DNA of 64,000 nucleotides from Octopus bimaculoides (GCF_001194135.2 NC_068988.1:28678586-28742585), one strand, 5' to 3'; positions 1-13,132 are shown, counted from the first letter of the stretch. Notes: generated from the sequence alone by a model not told the origin. A program made the numbers and translations.

Positions 1-869
1 ACTTTTAAAATAATAAATGGCCAAATCAGTTTAAGGATTATCTTGGAGAGTATAGTATATTTTATTTTCAAATGAAGTGAATTCTTTCAGTGTATTCATT
101 TTTTAAATACACACCATCAACAGGGCTCGAATACAGAAGAATTAAATTTCGAATTTCACTGACATGCATATAACGTTGTCATTTATTTCACAATTAATTT
201 CACACACATTAATGATATTTCCAAATTCATCAATTCCAAACACAAGTCTATTTAGGATCATATGTTGAAGAAATTTAAGGTCGAGTGAAAATAATACATG
301 TAGAAAAAATATATATAAACAAGGGAAATCACTCCTGCTATACTATGAGGTCAAACTCGACTTTCGATCGGTGAGGGGAAAGTTTTGTAAAACTGAAAGT
401 TAACAAAATAAATAAAGAAAATAACATAATTTTAATAAAGAAATCTTGCTTGGTAATTTTGACAAGTTGTCCTTGTTTCATTTATGCCTAATTGCAAGCT
501 GATCAGGTGGAACAGATCAAAATAAAAAAGGAGGTAACCAGGTCGATATTGGCGTGCGCATTTAACCAAGCACCGCGAATTTAACTCCACTCTGTCATAC
601 TGCTTTGTATAAACGTTTGGGTATATTGCGTATATCTTGTCATTCAGTAAGATGAAAAAACTTAGGTGGTACAGTTTCAATTCTTTTCGCTACTCAACAC
701 AGTATTTAGATTTGGAGCGGGCTATCAATGTCGCAACTATCTTAGTGTGTATACGAGTTTAGTTTAAATAAAGGGGACGCAATGTTTTTAAAACAATGTT
801 GTTATATCCTTAGAAAAAATTAAATCAAAAGTTGAATTCCTACTTTTCCTTCCACGAAAATTAGTTTGT

Positions 870-1098
870 TCAACACCTTAATTCCTTTGACTCCATGTAG
901 AACATACGGTGCTTTTTTGCAATGGATTGCAGATGTTCCCAGGTGCAGCTACCCGCCAGTGTGCTTCAGTTTCTGTGAATCTTTCCCATGTTGTTTTTGG
1001 TCAGCCACGCTTTCGTCTCTTTTGGTGTGTAATTCAAGAGGCTTGCCTTTTAATGTTGGAGACAAGTTACTGTAGGATGTGTCCCAGCCAATCCCATT
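870..1098 (-). mobile_element. RTE-clade LINE 3' ORF fragment (decayed), truncated by N-gap
   Basis: Minus-strand translation WDWLGHILQ*LVSNIKRQAS*ITHQKRRKRG*PKTTWERFTE matches the RTE C-terminal motif W.W.GH.LR...RQAL.W...GKRKRGRPK.TW (established family motif); three in-frame stops. Confidence 0.7.
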
Positions 1099-2479
1099 NN
1101 NNNNNNNNNNNNNNNNNNNNNNNNNNNNNNNNNNNNNNNNNNNNNNNNNNNNNNNNNNNNNNNNNNNNNNNNNNNNNNNNNNNNNNNNNNNNNNNNNNNN
1201 NNNNNNNNNNNNNNNNNNNNNNNNNNNNNNNNNNNNNNNNNNNNNNNNNNNNNNNNNNNNNNNNNNNNNNNNNNNNNNNNNNNNNNNNNNNNNNNNNNNN
1301 NNNNNNNNNNNNNNNNNNNNNNNNNNNNNNNNNNNNNNNNNNNNNNNNTCAGTTTATTTTTTAATTTTGTATTTAGCCGACGCAAGTTCAGGATTTTCGC
1401 TTCGTTACATATAGTTTTATTTAGGACTACTATAATCCCTGAAAAACATTTTAGCTTGTTTGATTTAATATATCAAATAACTAGCTTTTCAACTGAATAC
1501 TTTTCATTAGGATTAACAGATAACTAAAAAACAAACATCGAGTATTTTACTGTTTAGAACATTTAAAAAGTTTATTACACTATTTTTGTTTGGACACTAT
1601 CGCCAAATTCTAAGTAACCTATTTTGAAGCAGTTTTGAAATATATTTTTGGTTACTAACGGTGGCGATGATGAAAATAAGAATCCACCTAAAAGCTTCAG
1701 ATTTCTTCACTTGTTGAAATTCATTTACCTGCATGATCAATAGTTTTTGGCTGTTTATTTCTTGTGCGGATAGCTTCCATGTTGATACATTCCAAAATCA
1801 GATTCATAGCTTCATCGTTGCTTCCTATTTTTTTCCTTACTTTTACTCTATTTTTGATAACTTTAAATCAAATGCCTTTTTTTTTTTCTTTTTCAGAATT
1901 CAGATAATGCTTCTTATACCATACTGCGATTCTATAAACTTTAGTAGATGAAATACAGTAACTATTGTTATCAACTAACTAGGGGGGTGCACTAATACTA
2001 CGATCAAAAGTGTTTTTTTATATTAATAGAAACATTTAAAGCTGTTTCACTCAGCACGCAGAAATCCAACTACTTCCGTCTCTGTCTTTTGCTCGACTCA
2101 ATACCTCTGATCCTCCTACATTTGCCCTTATACTTGTCACTACATTGCTACCTTCGCTACACACATTCCTCTCACTACAACCCCCTCTTCTCTTCTCTTC
2201 CTGTTTCTTTCAATCAGCCTAGATTACGCCACTGCTGTCACTATCTTCGTCTCTTTACTCTATCTATCTATCTCTTATTCCTCCGCCCCCTTTTTATCCT
2301 CTCTCCTAGTGTTCACCCTCCTTCAAGTGAGATTTCATTCCTCTTTTCTCTCACTCTGTCTAATTCTATCGCTTTTTCTTTACCTCTCCTCTTACTAAAT
2401 TTGCTTATAATCTGTTATTTCTCCCTCACTATTTCCCCTTCTCTCTCTCCGTCTATATGTTTCTAGCTCTGTCTTTCTA

Positions 2480-2542
2480 TTCTCCTCTTCCTTCCGTCTG
2501 CTTGTATTCACCTCGTTTGCTTTAACTACAACAATCCGAATG
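2480..2542 (+). other. Candidate 5' (leader) exon end of the ZNF gene; true start undefined
   Basis: Strong donor CCGAATG|GTAAGT at 2542/2543 after a CT-rich stretch in the CpG-retaining region. Inference only; no transcript evidence. Confidence 0.3.
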
Positions 2543-3692
2543 GTAAGTCTGCATTTTTGTTTTTTTTCTTCTTGCTATCAAGAGAAAAACTAAATTTCCA
2601 CACACCCCCATATGTTTTTACTACGTGTGTATATGCATGTTTGTTTGTATACTTATCTGCCACCGGACCCTGACTATTTTTATTTAGAGCTGTTCATGGT
2701 GGGCGATAGCTCTATAGTAGCACTTATGGAGCTACTATGCCCGACTATGTGTATACGTTTGTCTCGAAACCTTTTCTATCTGTGAGCCTGTCTCTCTTGT
2801 TAGGATCTCCATCTGCTGATAAACGGACTTAGTAAAGACAGAGGAGACGGTTGGATGTTCATTCCAGTCGGTAGTCACTTCATCCAAAATAGAACTGAAG
2901 GCCTTGTTTTTGTTTGTATATTTCGCTGTCGTGGAGTTGGCATCCGCTTCGTGCTACGATCGCCAGAGAAGCTCTTTTAACCTGCCACTAACACACGACT
3001 ACGGTAGGTCGTAAATGAAACCTCACCCCTCTCCATCTAGTCTAACATGTTTTCTCCACTATAGGGCTCCGGAGGTGGTGGATATAAAAGGAAAAGAAAC
3101 AAGAGGCTAATGAATGGTGTCCACAATTTTGGGAATCCCTTTACTTTTCTATCCACAAACATTGCTATGACCTACTTGCTATTTCATCCTTTGTTCTTTT
3201 CTCTCCATCCGCCATATTTTGCTTGTTACTCTTACTCGCTCTACTTCCCTCTCTTACAAACGCACATACGCAGACACACTCTGTCATAACTAATACTCTT
3301 TCTCTTTCACTCCCCTCTCTTTCTCTTTCACTCCCCTCTCTTTCTATCCCTCCTCTCTTATGAATCTATTTTCTTTCTATCTCATTTTCACATATTCTTT
3401 TATTTCTTGTCATTATACTATTTTCTCTTTACCTATTTTCTTTCTATCCCCTTTCTACGTATTCTTTTAGTTCTTGTCATTATTTTACTTACTTACGATT
3501 CCTTCTGCATGTTTCCATTATATTTCTTTCTCTCTCTCATTCTCTCCGTCCTGCAGACTTAAGAATCCAACTTAAGACTAAGGCTTTTGTTTTTCTTTCA
3601 GTTTTACAAAACTGATCTGTTTACATTTAACTATTTATCATACATACCCACCTTCCCTTCACTCTCTTCCTCTCTCTATATCCAATTCGTTA

Positions 3693-3737
<45 letters not shown>

Positions 3738-5349
3738 GATTCAATCGCTCGAATTACTTATCAAGAATTGGGTTTGGGGTGACAGTATATTGTTTGATGT
3801 ATCTGGGTTCTCGATGATGTCTCATGTTTGTTGGTGGTATGCTACATATGCACGCAGATTCATACACCTGCTGTAGTTCATTTCTGGACATCGCACCTTC
3901 CATTCCTTCGGCCATGTTCGGCAGCACGCACTTGTCTCAGGGGAAAAAAAAAAACATCTACCACCCTTCCCTCTTTTAAAATTTTTATTATTTCTTAAGG
4001 ATCACTTGTGTGTACGCACACGCTTTCACACATCCACATTTTCACATGTACATACAGCATAGTAAGAACACAATTAAGCACCAATAGTCACTGTTTTTTA
4101 ATTAGTAAAAAATACCAAAATAGAAGCAGCAGAAATATAAATAACGAGAGAAAATATAAAAAGAAAAGCAATCCAAACTACACTATTTTGTTGATGTTTT
4201 GGGTTATGCGTTATATTTCTATTCCAAACTTATTTTCAACGTTTCTTTGAAACATTTTAGCAGAATTGTATTCAATATGTTTTGCAAAGAGTCGAAAATA
4301 ATCGCAATGGTTTCTGAAAGAAACAGATAGTCCCTGATTTTGTGTCCAGTTCAGTTTAGTCGGGTTGGCAACGACTGCTGCTTGTTCGCCGATAATCTAG
4401 TTCGTTGGTCACATAGTTGAGTGTGTTACTAAATCCATACTCGATGAAACAGCATGCATTCCAGCAACTGCAACTAAGCACAACACACAGTAGTGTTTGT
4501 GATGTGGAAGGGTGTGACTCGACATACACTACATGCTTTCTCTCTCTCTCACCGTTTATGTCGCTAACAACGTGCGCGTTATGTGTATCGGAGTCGAATA
4601 GAACCCATCGTATGTAGTATATATATATATACATAAGTATAGTATCTTCTCTGTTTTGTGCTCCCGTTAAGTCCGTGATTTTGTGTGGTGCATGCTTTTG
4701 TGTTCTGTATACTTTCGCAACGTCTATTCTGTCTATACTACGGCAACATATTGTAGTCTAATGTTAGTTGCCAACTAGACACTGCAACTGTAAGACTAAC
4801 TAAAATAGCGTGCCGTATGAGATTTCACTTAATTACATTTTCATTAATGCCGTTATTCAATTCAGCGCAGGATAGACACGAAAAGGGACGAGATTGGAAC
4901 CGTCGCATCATTAATTTATTAAAAGGGAACGAAACGAGATCGTTTTAGTAGTGGTGGACTTATTTATCCTGTCTTTTGCACTTATGGTATCTTAATTAAT
5001 TGTACACCTTTAATGCACACATGCGTAGGAGTCAAAACACAACTATGATATATATATATATATATCGTTTGTAGAAAACAAATCCGAATGAAGCACACTC
5101 GAAGATGTAGAGCAGTATATATTATATATTTAATATATATANNNNNNNNNNNNNNNNNNNNNNNNNNNNNNNNNNNNNNNNNNNNNNNNNNNNNNNNNNN
5201 NNNNNNNNNNNNNNNNNNNNNNNNNNNNNNNNNNNNNNNNNNNNNNNNNNNNNNNNNNNNNNNNNNNNNNNNNNNNNNNNNNNNNNNNNNNNNNNNNNNN
5301 NNNNNNNNNNNNNNNNNNNNNNNNNNNNNNNNNNNNNNNNNNNNNNNNN

Positions 5350-5389
<40 letters not shown>

Positions 5390-6029
5390 TCTATGGCTTT
5401 CTGTAATGCAATAATAGCGCAGTAGAGTTTATCTAAAAGAATGTTATAAGGACGATAGTGAAAGAAACCTAATAATTGCGTTGTCAATCTGGGAAGCCAC
5501 CATTGTACACTCTTTCATTGCGCTTGTACTTTAGACTATCACAGTTGGTTGCTTAAGTAAACTATTTATTTTCCTCCGCGTGTAGTTTTGTAATTTTTGT
5601 GTATTAGTTCGAGCTACACACCCGTTTGCATTCGATTTATCTCTCCCCATTTACCCTAATTCAAGCTTAATGAATCTTGTATTTATTTTTTTTTACTCGC
5701 AACTTAACTCAGTGCGATGTTGGAAACAGTTGATTGCGTTATATGTAGTCCGTCTACCCAGCCGATCAATAATGTTGATTTGTAGCCCCATTTTAACTCA
5801 ACCCAGTAGTTTGTAGTAGTAATTTAAAGTAGTGTGGAAAACATCAGTGTAGCTTTAGTTTCGTTCATGTTTGCATATCATCTATGTATACATGTACAGG
5901 GAGTGTGCCCCGAGTTATTTGAATCTCTCTTTCCCCATCTTTACCAATATAAAACTATCGTGTATATTTTAAAAAATCTAGTTTGTAAACACAAGCGTTT
6001 ACCTGATTGTATATTTAGTTGCTGATATT

Positions 6030-6230
6030 ATTTTGTTTTAGGTCAGCTCGAACTGAGCAGATTTATCATCAAATATGTTCCTACCGTGACCTCATCTTTT
6101 TATTCAGCTACAGCGTGCATTGAAGAATACATTATCTGTAGGGTGTGATACAAGTGAGATTTGGCTGTTGTTTTTAGTAGGTCGGATGACCACACAGCTG
6201 CGCTTCCAATGGCTCCTACGTATATCATGT
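6030..6230 (+). mobile_element. Dispersed repeat family D (GGTCAGC..TGA.CAGA..TATGATCAAA..GATTTGGCTG.TATTTCTAGCAGG)
   Basis: Similar blocks recur at ~11448-11640, 17293-17455, 17600-17660, 18820-18990 and 33965-34220. Confidence 0.65.
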
Positions 6231-7075
6231 TTGTGTCTCTAGATTTGGATACTTCTTAGGAATCAGATTGTCCCAAACGGTTCCGTTTACCAAATTGTTT
6301 ACAATAGCAAACTTTCGACCCTCCTGATTCTTTGGTTCATATCTCGTTCTGACTGACATTGTTATATTTTTCTGGGATGGAAGCGGTTTAATTGAATAGT
6401 TACCAGCAATATGTTGGACAAAATCAATCGGTTGCTTATAATCAATAACTGTGTTTATAAGGAAACACTACCTATCAAGCAAAATTGCTTATTTTCATTT
6501 TTGAGTCTGATTTTTAGGTCAAGAATATAGACTAGGTTGTGATTTGCTTGCTTTTTCTAACACACGTCATTAGATTTCGTTGCTCGTGTTTAAGCCTTAA
6601 TTTGGTCCTGCTTAGGTAAGTCTATTGATTAGGAGCATCCACCTGAAACCATCTTCGATATCTTTTCAAGCATAGTGTATCCGATATGTTTTTTATTAAC
6701 AGATAAAATTTATTTTTGAAAGACGATACGGTGTAATTTGAGAAAGATTTGGTTACTACATATTACAGGTTCAGCGGTCTTGTCTCCTCGGTGGCATTAA
6801 TGATGTAATCAGGTAAAAATGATTATGATAAAAAAAAAAAATCAAAGCTAGCCGAGTTGTGTGAATTTAGTTCGCAGGAACTCATTTGAGTTAATTAAAA
6901 AATTTCGAGTTGTAGTTCTTGTGTATCATATATTCCTGTTCTAAAAAAAGAAAGGGAGAATAAAATAGCTCCCCGCTCAACCAAGAAAAACACGTGTATT
7001 TATGTCAGTGTATGTGTCTGAATGTCAAAGGTCATATGATTTGATTATTACTGTTTTATGAGCTGTTGATTTTAA

Positions 7076-7106
<31 letters not shown>

Positions 7107-7116
7107 NNNNNNNNNN

Positions 7117-7147
<31 letters not shown>

Positions 7148-8026
7148 ATAATAATAGATTAGTGTTTACCGAAGTAGTTTGCAGGTAGTGACAGTCGTTA
7201 GTTACTATAGTTACATTTAAGCTAGTATTTATTTATTTGTTTATCTTTGTATTATCGCTTCTACTACCAGTGCTGCTGCTGTTACTATGACCAAACCTAC
7301 GAGATGTGTCTCAACGTGGTCGTTCTACATGCTAGATTTAGCACGATAATCTCTCTCAGATCATATCCTTTCGTCATAAAAAAAACAACAAAAACAAACG
7401 GAAGGAATCAATGGGTAAACAAATGCGATGGTCAAGGCTGGAACGTCTTTGGTCATAGGTTTTGCTTGATCAAGGTTAATGGCTAAGCAGCAACCGCTCC
7501 GAAAATAACATCGGGTTTGCTCCCTCTGTGAAGTATGGGAATTAATAATGGAGATAACTGTTAATTATTCACTTCAACTTGTGTCATGTTAATTAAAATC
7601 TTAATTATTTCTGACAAAGGATTCACTCCGAAATGTCGCTTATGTCTTTTTATTCACCGCACACTGAGCTACCTCAATATTCGTGATAAAATGATAAGAA
7701 CAATCGCCTTCCATGGTTATTTTTCATCTCGTATTAACTCCTTTCACTACTGGTTTGAACCAACCAGGAAGTTATGTGGTCATTCTATCAGCTGGAAATA
7801 GCAGCCAAACTTTCTTCATATCACATCATGTATCTTAAATATAGGACACACTGGATAACATAGTCTTCGATACACTGTGATTGAATAAAAGACAATATGG
7901 ATGTTGACAGTTCTATATTTAAGAGATGAGGGATTATGTACATTATTTACATTTGACGGATATTTGTCCTCATCTTGTTTGTTGTTAACACAACTTTCGG
8001 CTGATATACCCTCCAGCCTTCATCAG

Positions 8027-8291
8027 GTGTCTTGGGAAAATTTCGAACTTGGGTTCTCATTCCTAAGGTATTTTCGATGTTATTGTTGTTGTTGTTATTA
8101 TTATTATTAATACTATTCAGGTCACTGCTTGGAATCGAACTCGGAATTTTGGGGTTGGTGGCGTAGTGGTTAAGAGCGCGGGCTACTAACCCCAAAATTC
8201 CGAGTTCAATTCCAAACAGTGACCTGAATAATAACAACATCAAAAAATACCTTAAGAATGAGAACCTAAGTTCGAAATTTCCCCAAGACAC
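8027..8291. mobile_element. Fold-back (head-to-head) pair of a tRNA-headed SINE forming a long inverted repeat
   Basis: GTGTCTTGGGAAAATTTCGAAC.. (8027) is the reverse complement of ..GTTCGAAATTTCCCCAAGACAC (8291). The centre holds a tRNA-like head GGCGTAGTGGTTAAG..GAGTTCAATTCC (A/B boxes). Confidence 0.8.
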
Positions 8292-8459
8292 AAAGCATTG
8301 GTCGGCTCTCAGCTATAGAAGACACTTGACCAAGGTGCCGTTTAGTGGGACTGAACCCCAAATTATGTGGTTACAAAGCGAACTGTATTTCATTATTTAA
8401 AGTGTGTGTGTTTTTTGTTAGAAGTGGTGTGAGAAATACTTCCCTACCGAACATGCTTT

Positions 8460-8836
8460 TATTCTGGTTTCAATCATTTGACTGCGGCCATGCGGGAGCA
8501 CCGCCTTTAGTCGAACAAATATCGACCCCAGGACTTATTCTTTGTAATTCCAGTACTTATTCTATCGGCTCTTTTAGCCGAACCGTTAAGTTATGGAGAC
8601 GTAAACACGTCAACAACTGTTGTCAAGCAATGTTGGGAGAACACACACACACACACACACACGCGCACCCACACACGACTGGCTTCTTTCAGCTTCCTTC
8701 TAACAAATCCACTCGCAAGGCTTTGGCCGGCCCGTGACTATAGTAGAAGACTTGCCCAAAGGTGCCACGCGATGGGAATGAACCTTGAACCATGTGGTTG
8801 GGAAGCAATCTTCTTACCACACAGCCACGCCTGCGC
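8460..8836 (-). mobile_element. tRNA/CORE-type SINE family A (octopus OR-like), near full length
   Basis: Reverse complement of the family A head (GGCGTGGCTGTGTGGTAAG, GGTTCA..CCC, GGCACCTTTGGGCAAGT), internal (CA)n and ..GCATGGCCGCAGTCAAATGA tail. Confidence 0.85.
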
Positions 8837-9019
8837 ATATATACTGTGTATTATCTGCGCTCCTGATTTAATCTTAATTTTTTTTTGTGAAAAAAGTGCG
8901 TATTATATACGGAGTTTTATGGTAATTTGTATTTAACAACACAATATTCTCATTATAAACAAATTCCTTTTATTTCAATATATACTGATTACTTCTGAGT
9001 TTTGCCAACTGAGTTGAAT

Positions 9020-9066
9020 CAACATCACTGAAGAGGTATAATAATACCGAAACATGTCCGTTGCTG
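9020..9066 (+). ncRNA. Minimal type I hammerhead-ribozyme-like motif (Penelope/retrozyme type), stem I degenerate
   Basis: CTGAAGA 9028-9034, stem II GGTAT-AATA-ATACC 9035-9048, GAAA 9049-9052, palindromic ACATGT, GTC cleavage triplet 9056-9058. Confidence 0.5.
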
Positions 9067-9313
9067 TTTACCATTTGGTCTCTGAAGACAAGATCCACTC
9101 CTAACTGAATCATCATTAATCTTCAGATATTTCAATTTGCTGATTTTATTGAAATTATCTCCCTTGTTTTTTTTTTAGCGTAGATTTTTTTTTTGATACA
9201 CCAAGAGGTAGGTCGAGATATGTAATATAGGAAGTTGTTTATTTAACTCACTATGTTACATATTTGAGACCCTACTATTTTTGTATTTAATAATATACAG
9301 GAAGTAGAATGCA

Positions 9314-9500
9314 GTGAGCTGGCAAAATCGTTGTTAGTGAGGTGGAAAATGCCTAGCAGGATTCTTTGTTCAAATTCCACCAAGGTTGACTTTGCCTTTC
9401 ATCCTTTTCGAGGTCGATAAAATAAATGCCATTTGAATCTCTGGAGTCGATGTAATCGACTACCCTTAAAACTGCTGGCCTTGTGCCAAAATTTGAAACC
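9314..9500 (+). mobile_element. tRNA-headed SINE family C
   Basis: GAGCTGGCAAAATCGTT..GTTCAAATTCC (B box)..GACTTTGCCTTTCATCCTTTTCGAGGTCGATAAAATAA..CTGGCCTTGTGCCAAAATTTGAAA; about 10 copies in the window. Confidence 0.85.
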
Positions 9501-9687
9501 ATTAAATATATCGGAAGCTTCTCTGCGTTATTGCCCGTTCAACCATATTGTGCAATTAGAAAACGTTGAGAGTGAATTCAGACTAAAATTGGACAACACG
9601 CTCTAACGACCGATTTAATACAGTATATTGTTGTTTTACTGGCTTGTTTATAAAATATAATGAATATAAATCCGATATATTTTAGTT

Positions 9688-9922
9688 CAGTGGTTCTCCA
9701 CAATTTTTGATCTATGGACATCTTTGATTCCTGTATTATTCAGACGGACCCCTTTCGCCATTATATGTTTTAAAAATCCTATTATATTTTTATAATTAAA
9801 CATTATTAGGAATTGTATAAATAACATGTTGAAATATTTTGTGTATTGCAGAAGTATAACCAATTTATTGCATATAAAGCTTAATAACAAAATCTTATAT
9901 GGACCCTGGTTGAGAACCATCG
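9688..9922. mobile_element. hAT-like MITE family E
   Basis: Ends CAGTGGTTCTC..GAGAACCATCG (decayed TIR); body similar to 11698-11925, 15104-15560 and 41868-42124; TSD not retained. Confidence 0.7.
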
Positions 9923-11024
9923 GTCAGTTGTCTTAACTCTGAAAAAAAAAAAGCATATTCTGGAAGAAATATATAACTACTGTGTGTGTGTGTGTGTGTG
10001 TGTATGCACCTTATATATTTCATGAGTAACCTACTTTAAGTTTACTTCCTTTATCACACGTCTCAGATGACGTCCAACTTGCTTGTTTGAAATGTGGCTT
10101 TCTCTAGACCATTTAAATTTACCTGAAAATATTTAGACATTTTAAAAAATATATGTAATATGTAAGGTATATTAAGGCGAAATGCTCCTAATAGATAAGG
10201 TTATCCATCTATCTCTTGTTCGTTGGTTATTAATCAAAATCTTTCCCCGGAGTTTCAGCCCTAATTAAGTAAAGCTATGGTCAATGATATTTCAGGAGAA
10301 TGTAGAAACTATATTATCTAAAGTGCCATTTCCGTATTTTAAGACAGTAAGGCCGTAGTTGTAAAGAGATAAGGTCGTGATTTCTAACAGATTGCAGCGA
10401 CCATTTAAAGTAAGGTTTTCTATGAAACAGCGAGTAGGCGAAAAATGCTGTGTAACCACTTTTAATGTTTCTTTCGTTGACGTTTTCACTTCTGCATTCA
10501 AACCTCGCTACTCGTCCGTTTAGCTTTAATCCTTCCAGGGTCGATAAAACAACAACTCGTCCCACCTACAAGTGTTAAACCTTATTTATGCCTAAGGGAA
10601 AAATCAATATTTACCAGTCCAGTCTAGTTTTCTTAAAGAAAATAAACGTAAATGCAATATCGTTGATAATAATTGCCCCATGGGAAACTGCTCCCATGTA
10701 TTGATTTATTTTTTTTTTCTTTACGAAAATAAATAAGCTGGGAGATAATAACAGCTGATCGATTCATCTTTAAATATAATATAAATATCAGCGAAATTTA
10801 AACTCCAGAGTGGGACAAGAGATGTAATTACCAATTAGTCTTTAGGGACCCTTCAACGGAGGGTACTCTGTTGCAAGCCAAGCGTACTTCGAGCTCGGAA
10901 TCCAGTGTGGGGGGCAATTCCTTTGTATCTGTCTTTCCTCCCTTCCTCTCATCAATCTTGAATGCCTTGAAAATGGTCAAAGGTGGTACCGTTTATCATC
11001 TAAGTTATGTTCCAATCATAACAG

Positions 11025-11420
11025 TAGCAGACGTGACTGTGTGGTTATCAGGTTTGCTTCCCGACTACATGGTTTCGGGTTCAGTCCCTTTTTCGTGGAA
11101 TCTTGGGGGCAAGTGTCTTTTACAATAGCCACGGGCCGACCAAGCCTTGTGAGTGGATTTGATAGACGGAAACTGAAAGAAGCCCGTTTGGTATGTATGT
11201 GTGCACGTTCGCACGCTCGTATGTGTGGTGCTTTTTCTTTTTCTTATCGTGATAGCTCACGATTGTTGTAAATGGTTGTCATTTATTTCCATTATTGTGC
11301 GAAAACATGTCTAGCTATGCGGGAAATATCATTATGCTTGGAAACAGGTAAGGGTAAGAAAATCTGCTTCAACAAAACGTCGTCCGACCTGTGCAAGCAT
11401 GGAAAAGTGGACGTTAAAAC
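11025..11420 (+). mobile_element. SINE family A head with alternative (type 2) 3' half
   Basis: A-type head (GTGACTGTGTGG, GGGTTCAGTCCC, GGGCAAGTGTCTT), then TTGTAAA..AAACATGTCT..GCATGGAAAAGTGGACGTTAAAACGA tail. Also at 20838-21135, 34525-34920(-), 38975-39190, 53552-53995 and 55800-55990. Confidence 0.8.
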
Positions 11421-11697
11421 GACCATAATCAGGTTCCTTTGTGGTCGTTTATTTAGTCCCAGGTCACACCTGATTGAGCAGACCAATGATCAAAGGCATT
11501 CCAACCATGGCCTTACCCTCTCTTCAGGGCTTTGTACGAATTCATTATCTGTCTTTTCCTTTCTCGAGATGGTAGTGTAACTTGAGTAGGAATTGGTTGC
11601 TATTTCTAGCAGTCAAGTGATCATGTAGAGGAGACTCCTTTTTGTTTTGGCGTAGGTAATGGTTAACCCTTGTTTCATCCGTTCAGCTTTCCTTTCG

Positions 11698-11925
11698 TAA
11701 GGCCCTTGGGGGTCCATGTAAGACATTGTTGTTAAAATATGTGTAACAAATTGGTTATACATGTACAATGTACAAAATATTTTTTTAATATTTTTAATAG
11801 AATTCCTAATACTTGATTATAAAAATATGATAGGATATTTTAAACATAGATTGGCTATGGGGCGGGGTCCACCCGAGTAAAATGGGTATCAAAGGTGTCC
11901 ATACGAAAATATAATTGAGAAAAAA
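11698..11925. mobile_element. hAT-like MITE family E copy (empty site for the 15172 insertion)
   Basis: GTTAAAATATGTGTAACAAATTGGTTATACATGTAC, with a single AATTGGTT at 11749-11756. Confidence 0.65.
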
Positions 11926-11934
11926 ATTGGGAAT

Positions 11935-12106
11935 AGGCGCCGGAGTGGCTGTGTGGTAAGTAGCTTACTTACCAACCACATGGTTCCGGGTTCAGTCCAA
12001 TTGCGTGGCACCTTGGTCAAGTGTCTTCTACTAAAGCCTCGGGCCGACCAAAGCCCTGTGAGTGGATTTGGTAGATGGAAACTGAAAGAAGCCCATTGTA
12101 TATATG

Positions 12107-12138
<32 letters not shown>

Positions 12139-12512
12139 NNNNNNNNNNCATGGTTCCGGGTTCAGTCCAATTGCGTGGCACCTTGGTCAAGTGTCTTCTA
12201 CTAAAGCCTCGGGCCGACCAAAGCCCTGTGAGTGGATTTGGTAGATGGAAACTGAAAGAAGCCCATTGTATATATGTATATATATATATATATGTATATG
12301 TGTGTATATGTTTGTGAGTCTGTGTCTGCCCCCCTAACATCGCTTGACAACCGATGCTAGTGTGTTTACGTCCCCGTAATGTAGCGGTTCGGCAAAATAG
12401 ACCGATAGCGTAAATACTAGGCTTACAAAGAATGAGTTCTGGGGTCGATTTGCTCGACTAGAGACGGTGCTCCAGCATGGCCGCAGTCAAATGACTGAAA
12501 CAAATAAAAGAA
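11935..12512 (+). mobile_element. SINE family A, internally duplicated across a 10-N gap
   Basis: Head AGGCGCCGGAGTGGCTGTGTGGTAAG; 11969-12138 is repeated at 12149-12300 (probable assembly artefact); type 1 tail. Confidence 0.85.
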
Positions 12513-13132
12513 TGTGTATCACATACAATGCATCTGTTTTACCTGCGATACGCAAGACAGGTTAAATCTCCTGCTTCTGACGTTGTCCAAAACCATAAGA
12601 TGACAGGTATCTAGCAACAGGAATCGAGCAAAATTACTCGTCAAAATTATAGTTCTTTCGTTATATACGGCTGTGAATTGCACTAGTTACTATTGTCATG
12701 TACGGACCATTGACAATCAAGTATATTTGTCACAGACGCAGTATCTATCACCCATTCCATTTCTAAGTAGGTGATAAATTTGATATTTTTCTCTTGGGCA
12801 GGTGGCTGTACTTTTGTCGCAGCATCTACATTCAGCTCTGCAAGTCAGTGAACTACCGTGTTACTTGCTGCAGCTTGGAATGGTGAACTACTATACCACC
12901 CAGGTGAACTCGGCTGTTAGTAGTCAGTCAGCCAATTAAATCGCTGAGATTCAATGTCTCAATCAGGTGTATGGCGTAACTGTACTGCAACGTGGTGCCT
13001 GGACTGGGCCACTGAGTTAAGTGTCTTTGTCACGGACACAGTACAGAAACGATGACAGAATGCAATCCCGTTTTGATTAAAAAAACCTTTTTAGTCTACT
13101 ACAAGTATGGTTCTATAGCTAAGAAGCTAACT

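Noticed and set aside
2700-2742. Small alternative hairpins just after the 2542 donor
   Set aside because: Stems of 8-10 bp are expected by chance in 64 kb.
6030-6047. TTTTAG|GTCAGC as a recursive splice site
   Set aside because: Weak donor, and it coincides with the edge of repeat family D.
8158-8225. Possible tRNA gene
   Set aside because: A and B boxes are present but there is no acceptor stem or variable arm; it continues into a SINE body.
11969-12300. Apparent tandem duplication inside a SINE (also 45640-45860 and 7077-7145)
   Set aside because: Identical copies flank 10-N gaps, typical of unmerged contig overlaps.
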